DNA from: Patescibacteria group bacterium
GTDB lineage: Bacteria; Patescibacteriota; Patescibacteriia; Patescibacteriales; JBAZCA01
Length of the DNA stretch: 64,000 nucleotides
Reading direction: 5' to 3'
Assembly: GCA_041661505.1 (NCBI GenBank)
Contig: JBAZUF010000002.1
Location: 76,201-140,200, forward strand
Shown here: positions 38,744 through 47,968 of the stretch, in pieces
Numbering within the stretch: position 1 is the stretch's first letter
How the letters are laid out: each line of letters opens with the position of its first letter
Program-made: the position numbers and the translations under genes
Notes under the pieces: generated by a model
Seen by the model: the letters and a program-made list of their open reading frames with translations, nothing else
Told to the model about the DNA's origin: nothing
Database searches by the model: none

Positions 38744-40087
38744 TTATCCATCCTTAATTAACTGCTTAATCGCTTCAATTTCCTGCTTAATCCGGCTATT
38801 ATCTTCTATCTCTTTACTAACTTTGCTAAAGGCGTGCATGGCAGTGGTGTGGTCGCGGCCGCCCAATTCATCCCCAATAGTCGGGTAAGAAATATTTAAT
38901 TCGGAACGAAGTAAATACATAACAATCTGCCGGGGCTTTACCAGGTCTTTTTTTCGGCTTTTACCAATAATGTCTTTAACTTCGGTCTCATAAAATCCGG
39001 AAACCGCTTCTAGAATTCTTTTAGTTGAAGTCGGCCGGGCGGAAACAGTGATAATATCGCCTAGAATTTGCTTAGTTGAATCAACTGTCGGCTTGGTGTT
39101 GTTGAATTCGTGGTAAGCGATTAGGCGGTTTAATACCCCCTCAAGCTCTCTAATATTGGAGATGATATTTTCGGCGATATAGTTTAAAATATCCAAAGGG
39201 ATAAGGAAATTTCGTTCCCGGCATTTGGCGTCTAAAATCGCGACCCGGGTTTCTAGATCAGGCTGCGATATATCGGTTATCATCCCCCATTCAAAGCGGG
39301 ACAAAAGCCTCTTCTCCAGGTAAGGGATTGATTTTGGCGGCCGGTCTGACGCCACCACAACTTGCTTGTTGGATTGGTGGAGCTCGTTAAAGGTGTGGAA
39401 GAACTCTTCCTGTGTGCTTTCCTTGCCGCTAATGAACTGGATGTCGTCAACTAATAAAAGGTCAACGTTGCGATAGGTGTCTTTAAATTCTTTAGCCTTG
39501 CCGTTTCGGACGGCTTGGATATAGTCATTAGTGAATCTTTCTGAAGAAACAAATAAAATTTTATTGGTTTTTTTGGCTAATTCATGGCCGACGGCTTGAA
39601 TGAGGTGGGTCTTTCCCAAGCCTACTCCGCCGTAAATAAATAAGGGATTGTAGGCCCGGCCGGGATTGGAGACTACGGCCTGGCAGGCCGCGTGGGCGAG
39701 CTCGTTTCCCTTGCCGACAATAAAGTTATCAAAAGTATAGCGGTTGTTTAAGCCAAAGCGGTTTTGCGGCTGGGGTTCAAAGGCTTCGTAAGCGCCTTGG
39801 GCGATTGGCTGATCGGCCCGCCGGGGAGCCTCGCGCTTAATCGCTTCAATTTTGTAAATAATCTCCTTAATTTTTTTATTAACAATCCTTTCTAAAGCCA
39901 GGCCGATTTCTTTGTGGTATTTTTTTTCCAGCCAGGTTTTTGTAAAATTATTGGGCACGCTGATAATTACCCGATCTTCCTCTATATCGGAGATTGAGGT
40001 GTGCTTAAACCAGGTGGTGAAGTTGGCGCGGGATAAGTTCAATTCGATTTCACCCAAAACGACTTGCCAAATTTGCTCCTTATCCAT
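38744..40087 (-). CDS. dnaA: chromosomal replication initiator DnaA
   Basis: Walker A GGVGLGKTHL and a C-terminal DNA-binding domain. 447 aa. Confidence 0.97.
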   Translation of the reverse strand: MDKEQIWQVVLGEIELNLSRANFTTWFKHTSISDIEEDRVIISVPNNFTKTWLEKKYHKEIGLALERIVNKKIKEIIYKIEAIKREAPRRADQPIAQGAYEAFEPQPQNRFGLNNRYTFDNFIVGKGNELAHAACQAVVSNPGRAYNPLFIYGGVGLGKTHLIQAVGHELAKKTNKILFVSSERFTNDYIQAVRNGKAKEFKDTYRNVDLLLVDDIQFISGKESTQEEFFHTFNELHQSNKQVVVASDRPPKSIPYLEKRLLSRFEWGMITDISQPDLETRVAILDAKCRERNFLIPLDILNYIAENIISNIRELEGVLNRLIAYHEFNNTKPTVDSTKQILGDIITVSARPTSTKRILEAVSGFYETEVKDIIGKSRKKDLVKPRQIVMYLLRSELNISYPTIGDELGGRDHTTAMHAFSKVSKEIEDNSRIKQEIEAIKQLIKDG

Positions 40088-40345
40088 AAAAAATCTCCTT
40101 TAAAAATTAACCTATATAAGAGTTCAGAGAGTATAGTCTAAATTATAATTTAAATAAAAAAATATGAGAAGTACACAACCTGTTGATAAGCTGTGGAAAC
40201 GGGAAAATAATTAAAAGGCCGGCGCTTAGCAATCTTATTCTATAGGGAAGAAAAATAATTGGCAATAGCCTGGGACGATTTTTTAAGCCCAAGCGCACAA
40301 GCGCTGAAGAGGCGATAAGAATAAAGACTGTAAACGGGCTTTTTG

Positions 40346-40374
40346 TTGACTAAATCAAAGGCTAATGTTATCTT
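40346..40374 (+). promoter_or_regulatory. candidate rpmH operon promoter
   Basis: TTGACT, 17-nt spacer ending in TGT, then TATCTT. Confidence 0.45.
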
Positions 40375-40417
40375 TTAGTTATCGCGATAAAAGTTAACTG
40401 AATTATTTAAAGAAATT

Positions 40418-40555
40418 ATGCCAAAACGAACCTTTCAGCCTAAAAAGAGACAGGCTAAAAAAAAGCACGGCTTCAGGAAAAGAATGCAAACTAAAAACGG
40501 ACAAAAAGTGTTAAAGAAGAGAAGGCAAAAGGGCCGCCAGCGTTTGTCTAAATAG
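40418..40555 (+). CDS. rpmH: 50S ribosomal protein L34
   Basis: Hand translation gives [45 protein letters not shown] (45 aa). It is below the ORF-track length cutoff. Confidence 0.95.
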   Translation: MPKRTFQPKKRQAKKKHGFRKRMQTKNGQKVLKKRRQKGRQRLSK

Positions 40556-40557
40556 TC

Positions 40558-40908
40558 ATGCTTCCCCAACCATATCGATTAACAAAAAACAAAGAGTTTG
40601 ACCAGGTTTTTACCAAAGGAAAAGCTTATTATACTGATTGTCTTGGGGTAAAATGCGCGAAAAATGGCTTAGAAATAAGCCGTTTTGGTATTTTAACCGG
40701 CACTAAAGTCTCGAAAAAAGCGGTTATCAGGAATAAAATTAAAAGAAGAATCAGGCAAGCCCTGATAACCCAGATGGATCTTTTAAAATCCGGTTATGAT
40801 TGCGCCATAATTTGCCGGCCGCCGGTAGTTAAGAAGGACTATCAGGATATTCTAAAGCTTCTTCAGCACTCGTTTTCAAAGCTTAAGCTGTACAAAAAAC
40901 CGCTTTAG
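40558..40908 (+). CDS. rnpA: ribonuclease P protein component
   Basis: 116 aa, basic, directly after rpmH. Confidence 0.9.
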   Translation: MLPQPYRLTKNKEFDQVFTKGKAYYTDCLGVKCAKNGLEISRFGILTGTKVSKKAVIRNKIKRRIRQALITQMDLLKSGYDCAIICRPPVVKKDYQDILKLLQHSFSKLKLYKKPL

Positions 40909-40955
40909 GCAGTTCGCGGCATTAATACGCCGTTTTAGCGATTCTATGCCCTTTT

Positions 40956-41213
40956 ATGAAAGATTATTTTACCTACTTCCCCCGCCATGTTGCCTTATTT
41001 CTTATCCGTTTTTACCAAAAGACCCTGTCTTTTGACCATGGCCTTTTGCAATACCTCTTTCCTTATGGCTATTGCCGGTTTAAGCCGACTTGCTCCGAAT
41101 ACGCCATTAGCGCTATTGAAAAATACGGACTATTCCGGGGCGGAGCCAAAGCTGTTTGGAGGGTGCTTCGCTGCAACCCTTGGAACAAAGGAGGACATGA
41201 CCCATTAAAATAA
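40956..41213 (+). CDS. yidD: membrane protein insertion efficiency factor YidD
   Basis: CRFKPTCSEYAISAIEKYG motif. Confidence 0.9.
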   Translation: MKDYFTYFPRHVALFLIRFYQKTLSFDHGLLQYLFPYGYCRFKPTCSEYAISAIEKYGLFRGGAKAVWRVLRCNPWNKGGHDPLK

Positions 41214-41238
41214 ATTAAATAGCTTTTAGCCCTCAATT

Positions 41239-41961
41239 ATGTATAGTATTTATCATGAATTTTTCTATCGCCCGGTCTTTAATTTGCTAGTCTATATTAC
41301 CCATGTTATTCCTGGAGGCGATTTGGGGCTGGCCATCATTATTTTTACGATCATTATTAAATTAATCCTTTTGCCCTTATCCAAGAGCTCGATTAAATCC
41401 CAGAAGTCTTTGCAAGACCTTCAGCCCAAAGTGGACGAGGTAAAGGCCAAATATAAGGATGATAAAGAAGCCCAGGGCCGGGCAATGCTCGAGCTTTATA
41501 AAGTGCACAAAGTAAATCCGTTTTCTTCCTGTCTTCCCCTTATAGTACAGTTCCCTTTTTTAATCGCAATTTTTCGGGTTTTTCGGGAGGGAATTAACGC
41601 GAGCCAAGCTAACCTCCTTTATTCTTTTGTCCAGATGCCGGCGCACATAAATAATATGTTTTTAGGAATCCTTGACCTTTCCAAGCCAAACATCGTTTTG
41701 GCCATTTTGGCCGGCCTGGCCCAGTTCTGGCAGGCTAAAATGATGACTACTAAACGGGCGGAAATAAAGGCTCCGGCGGCTAAAGATGAGGATTTTACGG
41801 CTATTTTAAACAAGCAAATGCTATATTTTATGCCGGCCATGACGGTTTTTATCGGCTTGACCCTGCCCGGCGGATTGTCGCTTTATTGGCTAATCACTAC
41901 GGTTTTGACCGCTCTTCAGCAGGTTTATATCTTTAAACAAAATAAAAAACCGGCAACTTAA
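41239..41961 (+). CDS. yidC: membrane protein insertase YidC (short form)
   Basis: 240 aa. Conserved LPLSKSSIKSQKSLQDLQP...NPFSSCLP region. Confidence 0.9.
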   Translation: MYSIYHEFFYRPVFNLLVYITHVIPGGDLGLAIIIFTIIIKLILLPLSKSSIKSQKSLQDLQPKVDEVKAKYKDDKEAQGRAMLELYKVHKVNPFSSCLPLIVQFPFLIAIFRVFREGINASQANLLYSFVQMPAHINNMFLGILDLSKPNIVLAILAGLAQFWQAKMMTTKRAEIKAPAAKDEDFTAILNKQMLYFMPAMTVFIGLTLPGGLSLYWLITTVLTALQQVYIFKQNKKPAT

Positions 41962-42069
41962 GCCGTGTTTAGCAACGTTTTTTCAGTTTAAAACAGTCCG
42001 CGGTTTTTCTGCCAGCATGCTAATCAGGCCAGAAACGGCTGATTCTCTTGCTCTTGGGAGGGCGGCAGG

Positions 42070-42819
42070 CTAAAAGCTTCGGTCTTTTCCTACAATGACG
42101 TTTAGAGCGCCGTGCGCCGCCATAATATCGATATTGCCGGTTACCTTGAGGAAGTCATTAAAAATTATTGGGTTTTTGCTTCGCAAGCCGGCCCTTTTAA
42201 AAGTAAAAACGCTTTCGAAATTATTTTCGCTGAATATCACTTTTTTCGGCTTCCTGGTTTCTAAAAGAAGCTGTAAGCTTCCGTCTTGCGGACTGAAATT
42301 CACGCCCTGGGGCAAGGCAATGTCAGAGGTGGCTAAATTAATAACCCGGATAGAGCCGGGCTTTTTTAATTCGACCGAATATCCGGAATCGATTTCAAGA
42401 TTCAAATCCTCCGAAGCGGTCGTCAGTTTGGAGAGGAAATAAAAATTGCCGATCATTCCCAAGTCCATTTTTTCCACGCGGCGGGCAGACAAGATGTCGC
42501 AGGATGCGACTTCCGGTTCAATGCCTAAAGACTCGGCGATATAATTATTCTTTTTTCCTACCGGAATTATGCCTAAAGGGACGCTCGAATTGGCCATACA
42601 GCGGACGATCTTTTCAATCGTATCGTCATTGCCTACGGCAATGATAGTTTTGGCCCCTCTTTTTATTTCGTCCCTTACCAGCTCGTTGGTTTTTTTCATT
42701 ACTCCCAGCCGCCCGATTTTTCCATTCAAGCCAAGATCAGTAATGCGCGCCTCGATTTGCGCTAATATTCGGGTATATTTACCCTCATTTAGAAAATTAT
42801 CGTAGATATAAACATGCAT
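42070..42819 (-). CDS. diacylglycerol kinase-family lipid kinase (YegS-like), divergent
   Basis: DAGK catalytic-domain pattern with AVGNDDT in place of GGDGT, then PLGIIPVGKKNN. Confidence 0.65.
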   Translation of the reverse strand: MHVYIYDNFLNEGKYTRILAQIEARITDLGLNGKIGRLGVMKKTNELVRDEIKRGAKTIIAVGNDDTIEKIVRCMANSSVPLGIIPVGKKNNYIAESLGIEPEVASCDILSARRVEKMDLGMIGNFYFLSKLTTASEDLNLEIDSGYSVELKKPGSIRVINLATSDIALPQGVNFSPQDGSLQLLLETRKPKKVIFSENNFESVFTFKRAGLRSKNPIIFNDFLKVTGNIDIMAAHGALNVIVGKDRSF

Positions 42820-42880
42820 AATCGCTTAGCAATTACCCGCCTTGACGGTCGTCTAGCCGGCGCGGAATAAGTTCGCGTTA

Positions 42881-43279
42881 TTATTTCGGCGCCGTTTTGC
42901 CGTTTTCTTTTGTTGGCTGGCCTTCTTTAGTCATTTGGCATTGGCCGTTAAAAATTGCTCCCTTGGCAATGGAAATTATTCCGGCTTCAATATCCCCTAA
43001 AATTTTCGCGGTTTCGGTAATTTCTAAATAGCCGCTCACCTTAACGTTGCCTTTTACTTCCCCGCCGATGATAGCCTCTTTGGCGGAAACGTCGGCCGAA
43101 ATTCGGGACTTATTTTTTAACTGAAGCATGTTCCCGCAGCGCAGGTTTCCTTCCACTTCGCCTTCAACAACAATATTGCCCTCACAGTGGAAATCGCCTT
43201 TGACTTTTACCGAAGGGCCGACAATAGTTTCCACCTCTTTCAAATTTACGTTCGAATCCCCGTTTGATTTTGTAAACAT
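42881..43279 (-). CDS. bactofilin (polymer-forming cytoskeletal protein)
   Basis: Beta-helical repeats (VKVKGDFHCEGNIVVEGEVEGNL...). ATG 43279 is preferred over TTG 43315. Confidence 0.85.
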   Translation of the reverse strand: MFTKSNGDSNVNLKEVETIVGPSVKVKGDFHCEGNIVVEGEVEGNLRCGNMLQLKNKSRISADVSAKEAIIGGEVKGNVKVSGYLEITETAKILGDIEAGIISIAKGAIFNGQCQMTKEGQPTKENGKTAPK

Positions 43280-43386
43280 AATTTTATTTCTATTTGATAA
43301 ATATGTTAAGGACAAGGCTAATTCAAGTTTAAATCAATTCCCGGCGAAAAACAACATTGACATTTGATAGGCTATTAATTATAATC

Positions 43387-43436
43387 GATATGAGTGAGCC
43401 CCGCATTACGCGGGACGAACGAATGAGATAATATCA
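43387..43436 (-). promoter_or_regulatory. conserved promoter plus 5'-hairpin motif, copy R2 (upstream of bactofilin)
   Basis: Minus strand reads TGATATTAT, then TTCGTTCGTCC, hairpin CCCGC-GTAAT-GCGGG, then CTCATATCGATT. Same flanks as R1 but a different stem sequence. Confidence 0.5.
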
Positions 43437-43524
43437 TCAGACATATTTAGTTTATAAGCATAGCATGAGCTATGTTTTCTAAGTGAAAATTTGCTTTAAA
43501 ACGACAAAAGGCAAAATCACTTTT

Positions 43525-43596
43525 GCCTCCATAGTTCAATGGATAGAACAAGGGACTCCTAAGCCCGAAATCCAGGTTCGATTCCTGGTGGGGGCA
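43525..43596 (+). tRNA. tRNA-Arg (anticodon CCT)
   Basis: Acceptor GCCTCCA/TGGGGGC, loop CTCCTAA, T-arm CCAGG-TTCGATT-CCTGG. The anticodon stem has only three clean GC pairs. Confidence 0.7.
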
Positions 43597-43606
43597 CAAA
43601 AGGGAC

Positions 43607-43632
43607 TTAAGTCCACAGTTCTCTGGACTTAA
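43607..43632. repeat. GTTAAGTCCA hairpin family, copy 1
   Basis: TTAAGTCCA-CAGTTCTC-TGGACTTAA, directly after tRNA-Arg. Confidence 0.8.
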
Positions 43633-43642
43633 CTATTCTGGC

Positions 43643-43855
43643 TGTGGATAAGTGGGGAAGTTAAGTCCACAGTTCTCTGGACTTAACTCAATCTGGGTGT
43701 AAAATCCGTTCTCGCAACAAGGCTGTTGATAATATGGAGATAAGTCAGGTAAATTGTGGGAATAAGTGATAGATAAAGTTAATATTTTAGCTAAAGTTAG
43801 CCAAATATTAGCTTAATCAATAATTAATCAAATTTTGTGGATAATCTGTGGGTAA
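43643..43855. other. DnaA-box cluster with AT-rich tract (candidate oriC or DnaA-regulated site)
   Basis: Perfect TGTGGATAA at 43643 and 43836. One-mismatch boxes at 43724 (TGTTGATAA) and 43847 (TGTGGGTAA). All share one orientation. AT-rich tract at about 43770-43835. Confidence 0.55.
43660..43687. repeat. GTTAAGTCCA hairpin family, copy 2
   Basis: GTTAAGTCCA-CAGTTCTC-TGGACTTAAC (10-bp stem). Confidence 0.85.
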
Positions 43856-43901
43856 GACAACAGAAGACCGCATTAAGAATAGGCCAAGCAGTTTAGAATA
43901 A

Positions 43902-43975
<74 letters not shown>

Positions 43976-44040
43976 CCGTGTATATACTCAAGATCCCCGC
44001 GATACAGAAAATTAATCGTTTTTGTGAAAACTCTACAAAT

Positions 44041-44349
44041 ATGAGTGAAGAAAAATTAAGTTTAACCGCTGTTGAAAAAATCCAGGGGCTATTATTGATT
44101 GATTTTTTTGCTCCTTGGTGCGGACCTTGTCGCACAATGTCTCCGATAATTGATGAAATTAAAGAAGAATATAATGGTAAAATAGTGGTGGAGTAGGTAA
44201 ATGTTGACGAGAATGGAGAGTTCTCGGAGAAATTCAATATTATGAGCATCCCGGCCTATATTCTTTTTAAAGATGGGAAGGTGGTTGAGCAGATAACGGG
44301 CGCGAGGACTAAAGATAGTCTAAAAGAGATGCTTGATAAGCATTTATAG
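44041..44349 (+). pseudogene. trxA: thioredoxin interrupted by an in-frame TAG at 44194-44196
   Basis: MSEEK...[60 protein letters not shown]...DKHL. Both halves are in one frame and together give a normal-length thioredoxin. Confidence 0.8.
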
Positions 44350-44381
44350 GTTGAAACATATTATAACATAAAATGACTATT

Positions 44382-44410
44382 GTCCACAAAACTGTGGACT
44401 TTTCTTTTTA
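44382..44410 (+). terminator. rho-independent terminator after trxA
   Basis: GTCCACA-AAAC-TGTGGAC followed by TTTTCTTTTT. Confidence 0.75.
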
Positions 44411-44444
44411 TTTTAGACCATACTAATATTAGCCAAATAAAAAA

Positions 44445-44472
44445 GTTAAGTCCAGGCTACTGTGGACTTAAC
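44445..44472. repeat. GTTAAGTCCA hairpin family, copy 3
   Basis: GTTAAGTCCA-GGCTACTG-TGGACTTAAC. Same stem and same ACTCAAT 3' flank as copy 2, with a different loop. Confidence 0.85.
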
Positions 44473-44548
44473 TCAATAAGAGAAAATGACACATTCCAAA
44501 AAAGATAATTGGCTATCAGTCTGGAAGGAGTCGTGTTGTGTGCTAAGG

Positions 44549-44630
44549 TGGGCGAGAGAGGACTTGAACCTCCACGGGTTGCCCCACATGCTCCTAAGGC
44601 ATGCGTGTCTGCCAGTTTCACCACTCGCCC
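44549..44630 (-). tRNA. tRNA-Leu (anticodon TAG)
   Basis: Type II tRNA: acceptor GGGCGAG/CTCGCCC, anticodon arm CATGC-CTTAGGA-GCATG, long variable arm. Confidence 0.9.
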
Positions 44631-44890
44631 TTTTCTATAATTGTGTAATTTGTTTGCCTTCGCAAAAATTAGGTAGGATAATCTTTTATAAAGGCCGGTC
44701 GTTAATAACCGGCTCTTTCTTCAAAGCGAATACATCCAGACTCTTTTTATTGTCGTTTAATGTAAAATGTTTGTCAAGAACTTACTGCTAAAAACTACGT
44801 AAAAAACTTAAAAAATTAGCTATTGAATTATAATAATAAAGCTGATAAAATTAATTCATAAGACTAACTCATTATCCAAAAGCCTATATT

Positions 44891-45256
44891 ATGATGGATG
44901 AAAAAAAATCCCAAGGGCGGGGTGTAAAAAATGAATCTGAAACGGGCGGCAAAGAAGAGAAAGTTGACGTGGAAAATAATAAAGCAGTCGCGGCATTGTC
45001 TTATATTTTCATTCTGTTTTTAGTTCCGTTATTAGCAAGAAAAGACTCAAAGTTCGCCCAATTTCACGCTAAGCAAGGATTGGTTTTGTTCGCGCTCGAG
45101 TTGTTGGTATTTATTTTCATTTGGGTTCCGTTATTGGGCCAGCTAGCCATGCTGGCTCTTTTGATAATATCGGTTTTAGCGATTGTGAAGACGTTGAACG
45201 GCGAGCGTTGGGAGATCCCTTATGTAGGCGAATGGAGCAAAAAGATTAACCTATAA
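44891..45256 (+). CDS. DUF4870-like small membrane protein
   Basis: KAVAALSYIFILFLVPLL...AKQGLVLF pattern. 121 aa. Confidence 0.6.
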   Translation: MMDEKKSQGRGVKNESETGGKEEKVDVENNKAVAALSYIFILFLVPLLARKDSKFAQFHAKQGLVLFALELLVFIFIWVPLLGQLAMLALLIISVLAIVKTLNGERWEIPYVGEWSKKINL

Positions 45257-45335
45257 ATTAGTATTTATTATTCATTCTGCGGGCTTTATTGAAATTATTT
45301 TTAGCTAATTTCATAAATTCCATTTCAAATTATTT

Positions 45336-47693
45336 ATGTCCAAGTTTGTAAAATTTTTTAATGAAATCGGCATTAAAGACGTTCCGACTGTCGGCGGCAA
45401 AAACGCATCATTGGGCGAGATGTTCCAAAATCTTACTGAAGACGGAATTAAAGTTCCTAATGGGTTTGCGACTACTTCCGAGGCCTACAATTATTTTATA
45501 AAAGGATCTGGAATGGATATAAAAATAAGAGAAATTTTGGCTGGCCTTGATACAAAAAATATGCTAAGTTTAGCTAAAAAAGGCTCGGCGGTGCGCGAGG
45601 CGATAGTTAAGGCGGAATTTCCTGATGACTTAAAAAATGAAATATTTGAAGCTTACCGCCAGCTGGGAAAATTGTATAAAACCAAAAATCTGGACGTAGC
45701 GGTTCGGTCATCGGCTACGGCCGAAGATTTGCCGGACGCTTCTTTTGCCGGCCAGCAGGAAACTTTTCTAAATATCCGCGGCGAAAAAGAAATTTTGATT
45801 GCCGTAAAAAAATGCATTGCCTCGCTCTTCACCAACCGGGCCATTTCCTACCGCCATGACAAGGGCTTTGACCATTTTGACATCGCCTTGTCGGTCGGCA
45901 TCCAAAAAATGGTGCGGAGTGATTTAGGATCTTCCGGGGTGATGTTTACGATCGATACCGAATCGGGTTTTCGCGATGTAGTTTTAATTAATTCTATTTA
46001 CGGGCTTGGGGAAAATATCGTCCAGGGAAAGGTGAATCCGGACGAATTTTATGTTTTTAAGCCGACTAAAGCCATAATTTCCCGAAACATCGGAAAAAAA
46101 TCCTTAAAGATGATATATAATAGCGACCCCAAGCATCCGGTAAAGGATATAAAAGTAAGCGAGGCCGACCGCTTGAAGCCCTCTATTACCGACGCCCAGG
46201 TATTAAAACTGGCCGAATGGGGCATGGCCATTGAAAAGCACTACAAGCGGCCAATGGACATCGAATGGGCTTTAGACGGAAAAACCAAAGAACTTTATAT
46301 CATCCAGGCCCGGCCGGAAACGATCCACTCCACCCGCGACTATAATATTATTGAAGAGTTCAAGCTGGAAAAAAGAGGAAAAATAATCGCCAAAGGGAAA
46401 AGCGTCGGCTACAAAATCGGCGCGGGAAAAGCCAACCGCATTATGAGCGTAAAGGAAATTTCCAATTTTAAGCCGGGTGAAGTTTTGGTTACCGAGATGA
46501 CGGACCCAGACTGGCAGCCAATCATGAAAATCGCTTCGGCCATAGTTACCGACAAAGGCGGCCGGACCTGCCACGCGGCCATTGTGTCCCGCGAATTAGG
46601 CATCCCTTGCGTTGTTGGCACTAACGACGCCTCCAAGAAAATTAAAACCGGCCAAAAGGTTACGGTAAGCTGTACTGAAGGGGAAGAAGGTATTGTTTAT
46701 GACGGCGAAGTGAAGTTCAAAGTCAATAAAATTAACGTAAAAAAGCTGAAAAAGCCCGAGGTTAAAATAATGATGAATATTGGTACGCCAAAATCGGCTT
46801 TCGGGTTTTCCTTTATCCCGAACGACGGAGTCGGCCTCGCACGCCAGGAATTTATAATAAACGACTCAATAAAAATCCACCCCATGGCTTTAATTAATTT
46901 TGATAAAGTTAAAGATCAAGCCGCAAGAAAGAAAATCGAGGAAATGACCGCCGGCTATAAAGACAAAAGCCGATTTTTCATCGACAAGCTCTCGGAAGGA
47001 ATCGCCATGATTGCCGCCGCCTTTTACCCGAAAGACGTAATTGTCCGGCTGTCTGATTTTAAATCCAACGAATATTCTAACTTGATTGGCGGCAAGATTT
47101 TTGAGCCCGAAGAATCCAATCCGATGATTGGCTGGCGCGGGGCGTCCAGGTATTACGACGAAAAATACCGCCCGGCTTTTGAGCTGGAATGCAAGGCTTT
47201 GTGCCGGGTGCGGGACGAGATGGGCCTCACTAACGTTAAAATCATGGTGCCTTTCTGCCGAACCGTTGAGGAAGGAAAAAGAGTGGTGGAGATAATGAAC
47301 GAATGCGGATTGAAGCAAGGGAAAAACGGGCTGGAAATTTATGTTATGGCCGAAATTCCCTCTAATATAATTCTGGCCGAAGAATTTGCTAAAGTTTTTG
47401 ACGGCTTTTCCATCGGTTCCAATGACCTTACCCAGCTTACCTTGGGCATGGATCGCGACGCCGGCGGCGGCTACAGGGTTGCCGGCGAATCAAACGAAAA
47501 AAATCAGGCCGTAAAATATCTGATAAAAAATTTAATTCAGGCCGGAAAAAAAGCCAAAAGAAAAGTCGGCATCTGCGGCCAGGGACCGAGCGACTTTCCG
47601 GACTTTGCCGAATTTCTCTTAAAAGAAGGCATCGACAGCATTTCTTTAAATCCGGATACGGTTATAAAAACCATGATGAGTTTGGGAAAATAA
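45336..47693 (+). CDS. ppsA: phosphoenolpyruvate synthase (pyruvate, water dikinase)
   Basis: 785 aa. Phosphohistidine region GGRTCHAAIVSRELGIP and a C-terminal PEP-utilising domain. Confidence 0.95.
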   Translation: MSKFVKFFNEIGIKDVPTVGGKNASLGEMFQNLTEDGIKVPNGFATTSEAYNYFIKGSGMDIKIREILAGLDTKNMLSLAKKGSAVREAIVKAEFPDDLKNEIFEAYRQLGKLYKTKNLDVAVRSSATAEDLPDASFAGQQETFLNIRGEKEILIAVKKCIASLFTNRAISYRHDKGFDHFDIALSVGIQKMVRSDLGSSGVMFTIDTESGFRDVVLINSIYGLGENIVQGKVNPDEFYVFKPTKAIISRNIGKKSLKMIYNSDPKHPVKDIKVSEADRLKPSITDAQVLKLAEWGMAIEKHYKRPMDIEWALDGKTKELYIIQARPETIHSTRDYNIIEEFKLEKRGKIIAKGKSVGYKIGAGKANRIMSVKEISNFKPGEVLVTEMTDPDWQPIMKIASAIVTDKGGRTCHAAIVSRELGIPCVVGTNDASKKIKTGQKVTVSCTEGEEGIVYDGEVKFKVNKINVKKLKKPEVKIMMNIGTPKSAFGFSFIPNDGVGLARQEFIINDSIKIHPMALINFDKVKDQAARKKIEEMTAGYKDKSRFFIDKLSEGIAMIAAAFYPKDVIVRLSDFKSNEYSNLIGGKIFEPEESNPMIGWRGASRYYDEKYRPAFELECKALCRVRDEMGLTNVKIMVPFCRTVEEGKRVVEIMNECGLKQGKNGLEIYVMAEIPSNIILAEEFAKVFDGFSIGSNDLTQLTLGMDRDAGGGYRVAGESNEKNQAVKYLIKNLIQAGKKAKRKVGICGQGPSDFPDFAEFLLKEGIDSISLNPDTVIKTMMSLGK

Positions 47694-47710
47694 CAATTTA
47701 CTAAGAATTT

Positions 47711-47737
47711 AAAAACCACCCGCGAAAAGGTGGTTTT
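47711..47737 (+). terminator. rho-independent terminator after ppsA
   Basis: AAAAACCACC-CGCGAAA-AGGTGGTTTTT. Confidence 0.85.
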
Positions 47738-47784
47738 TGATTGGAGTATTTGTTTAATATAAGCCAATTCTCCCGGATTGGCAA

Positions 47785-47813
47785 TTGACAACGGATGGGT
47801 TTTGTGCTATATT
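47785..47813 (+). promoter_or_regulatory. candidate promoter of the 47969 small-ORF cassette
   Basis: TTGACA, 17-nt spacer, TATATT. Followed by an about 150-nt leader with an 11-bp stem CTCCAGTTCTC/GAGAACTGGAG. Confidence 0.5.
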
Positions 47814-47968
47814 GTAAATTGTCGTGCCTTGCGGCAGGCAAGCTCTTTAAAACGCTCCAGTTCTCGAATTTTGCGCCATATATTTATTATGTGGGTAGTA
47901 TTGGAGAACTGGAGTAACGTATTCATTTTATTATCTTTCTTACTAACTAACAAATTAGGAGAGTAAAA

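Noticed and set aside
40987-41208. Alternative-frame ORF 40987-41208(+) inside yidD
   Set aside because: It is on the same strand as yidD but out of frame with the recognisable YidD sequence, and it shows no independent signals.
44194-44196. Genome-wide TAG (or TGA) codon reassignment
   Set aside because: TAG terminates purH (1932-1934) and abiEi (14777-14779) at the expected protein ends. TGA terminates purC and the NlpC/P60 gene. No other gene needs read-through.
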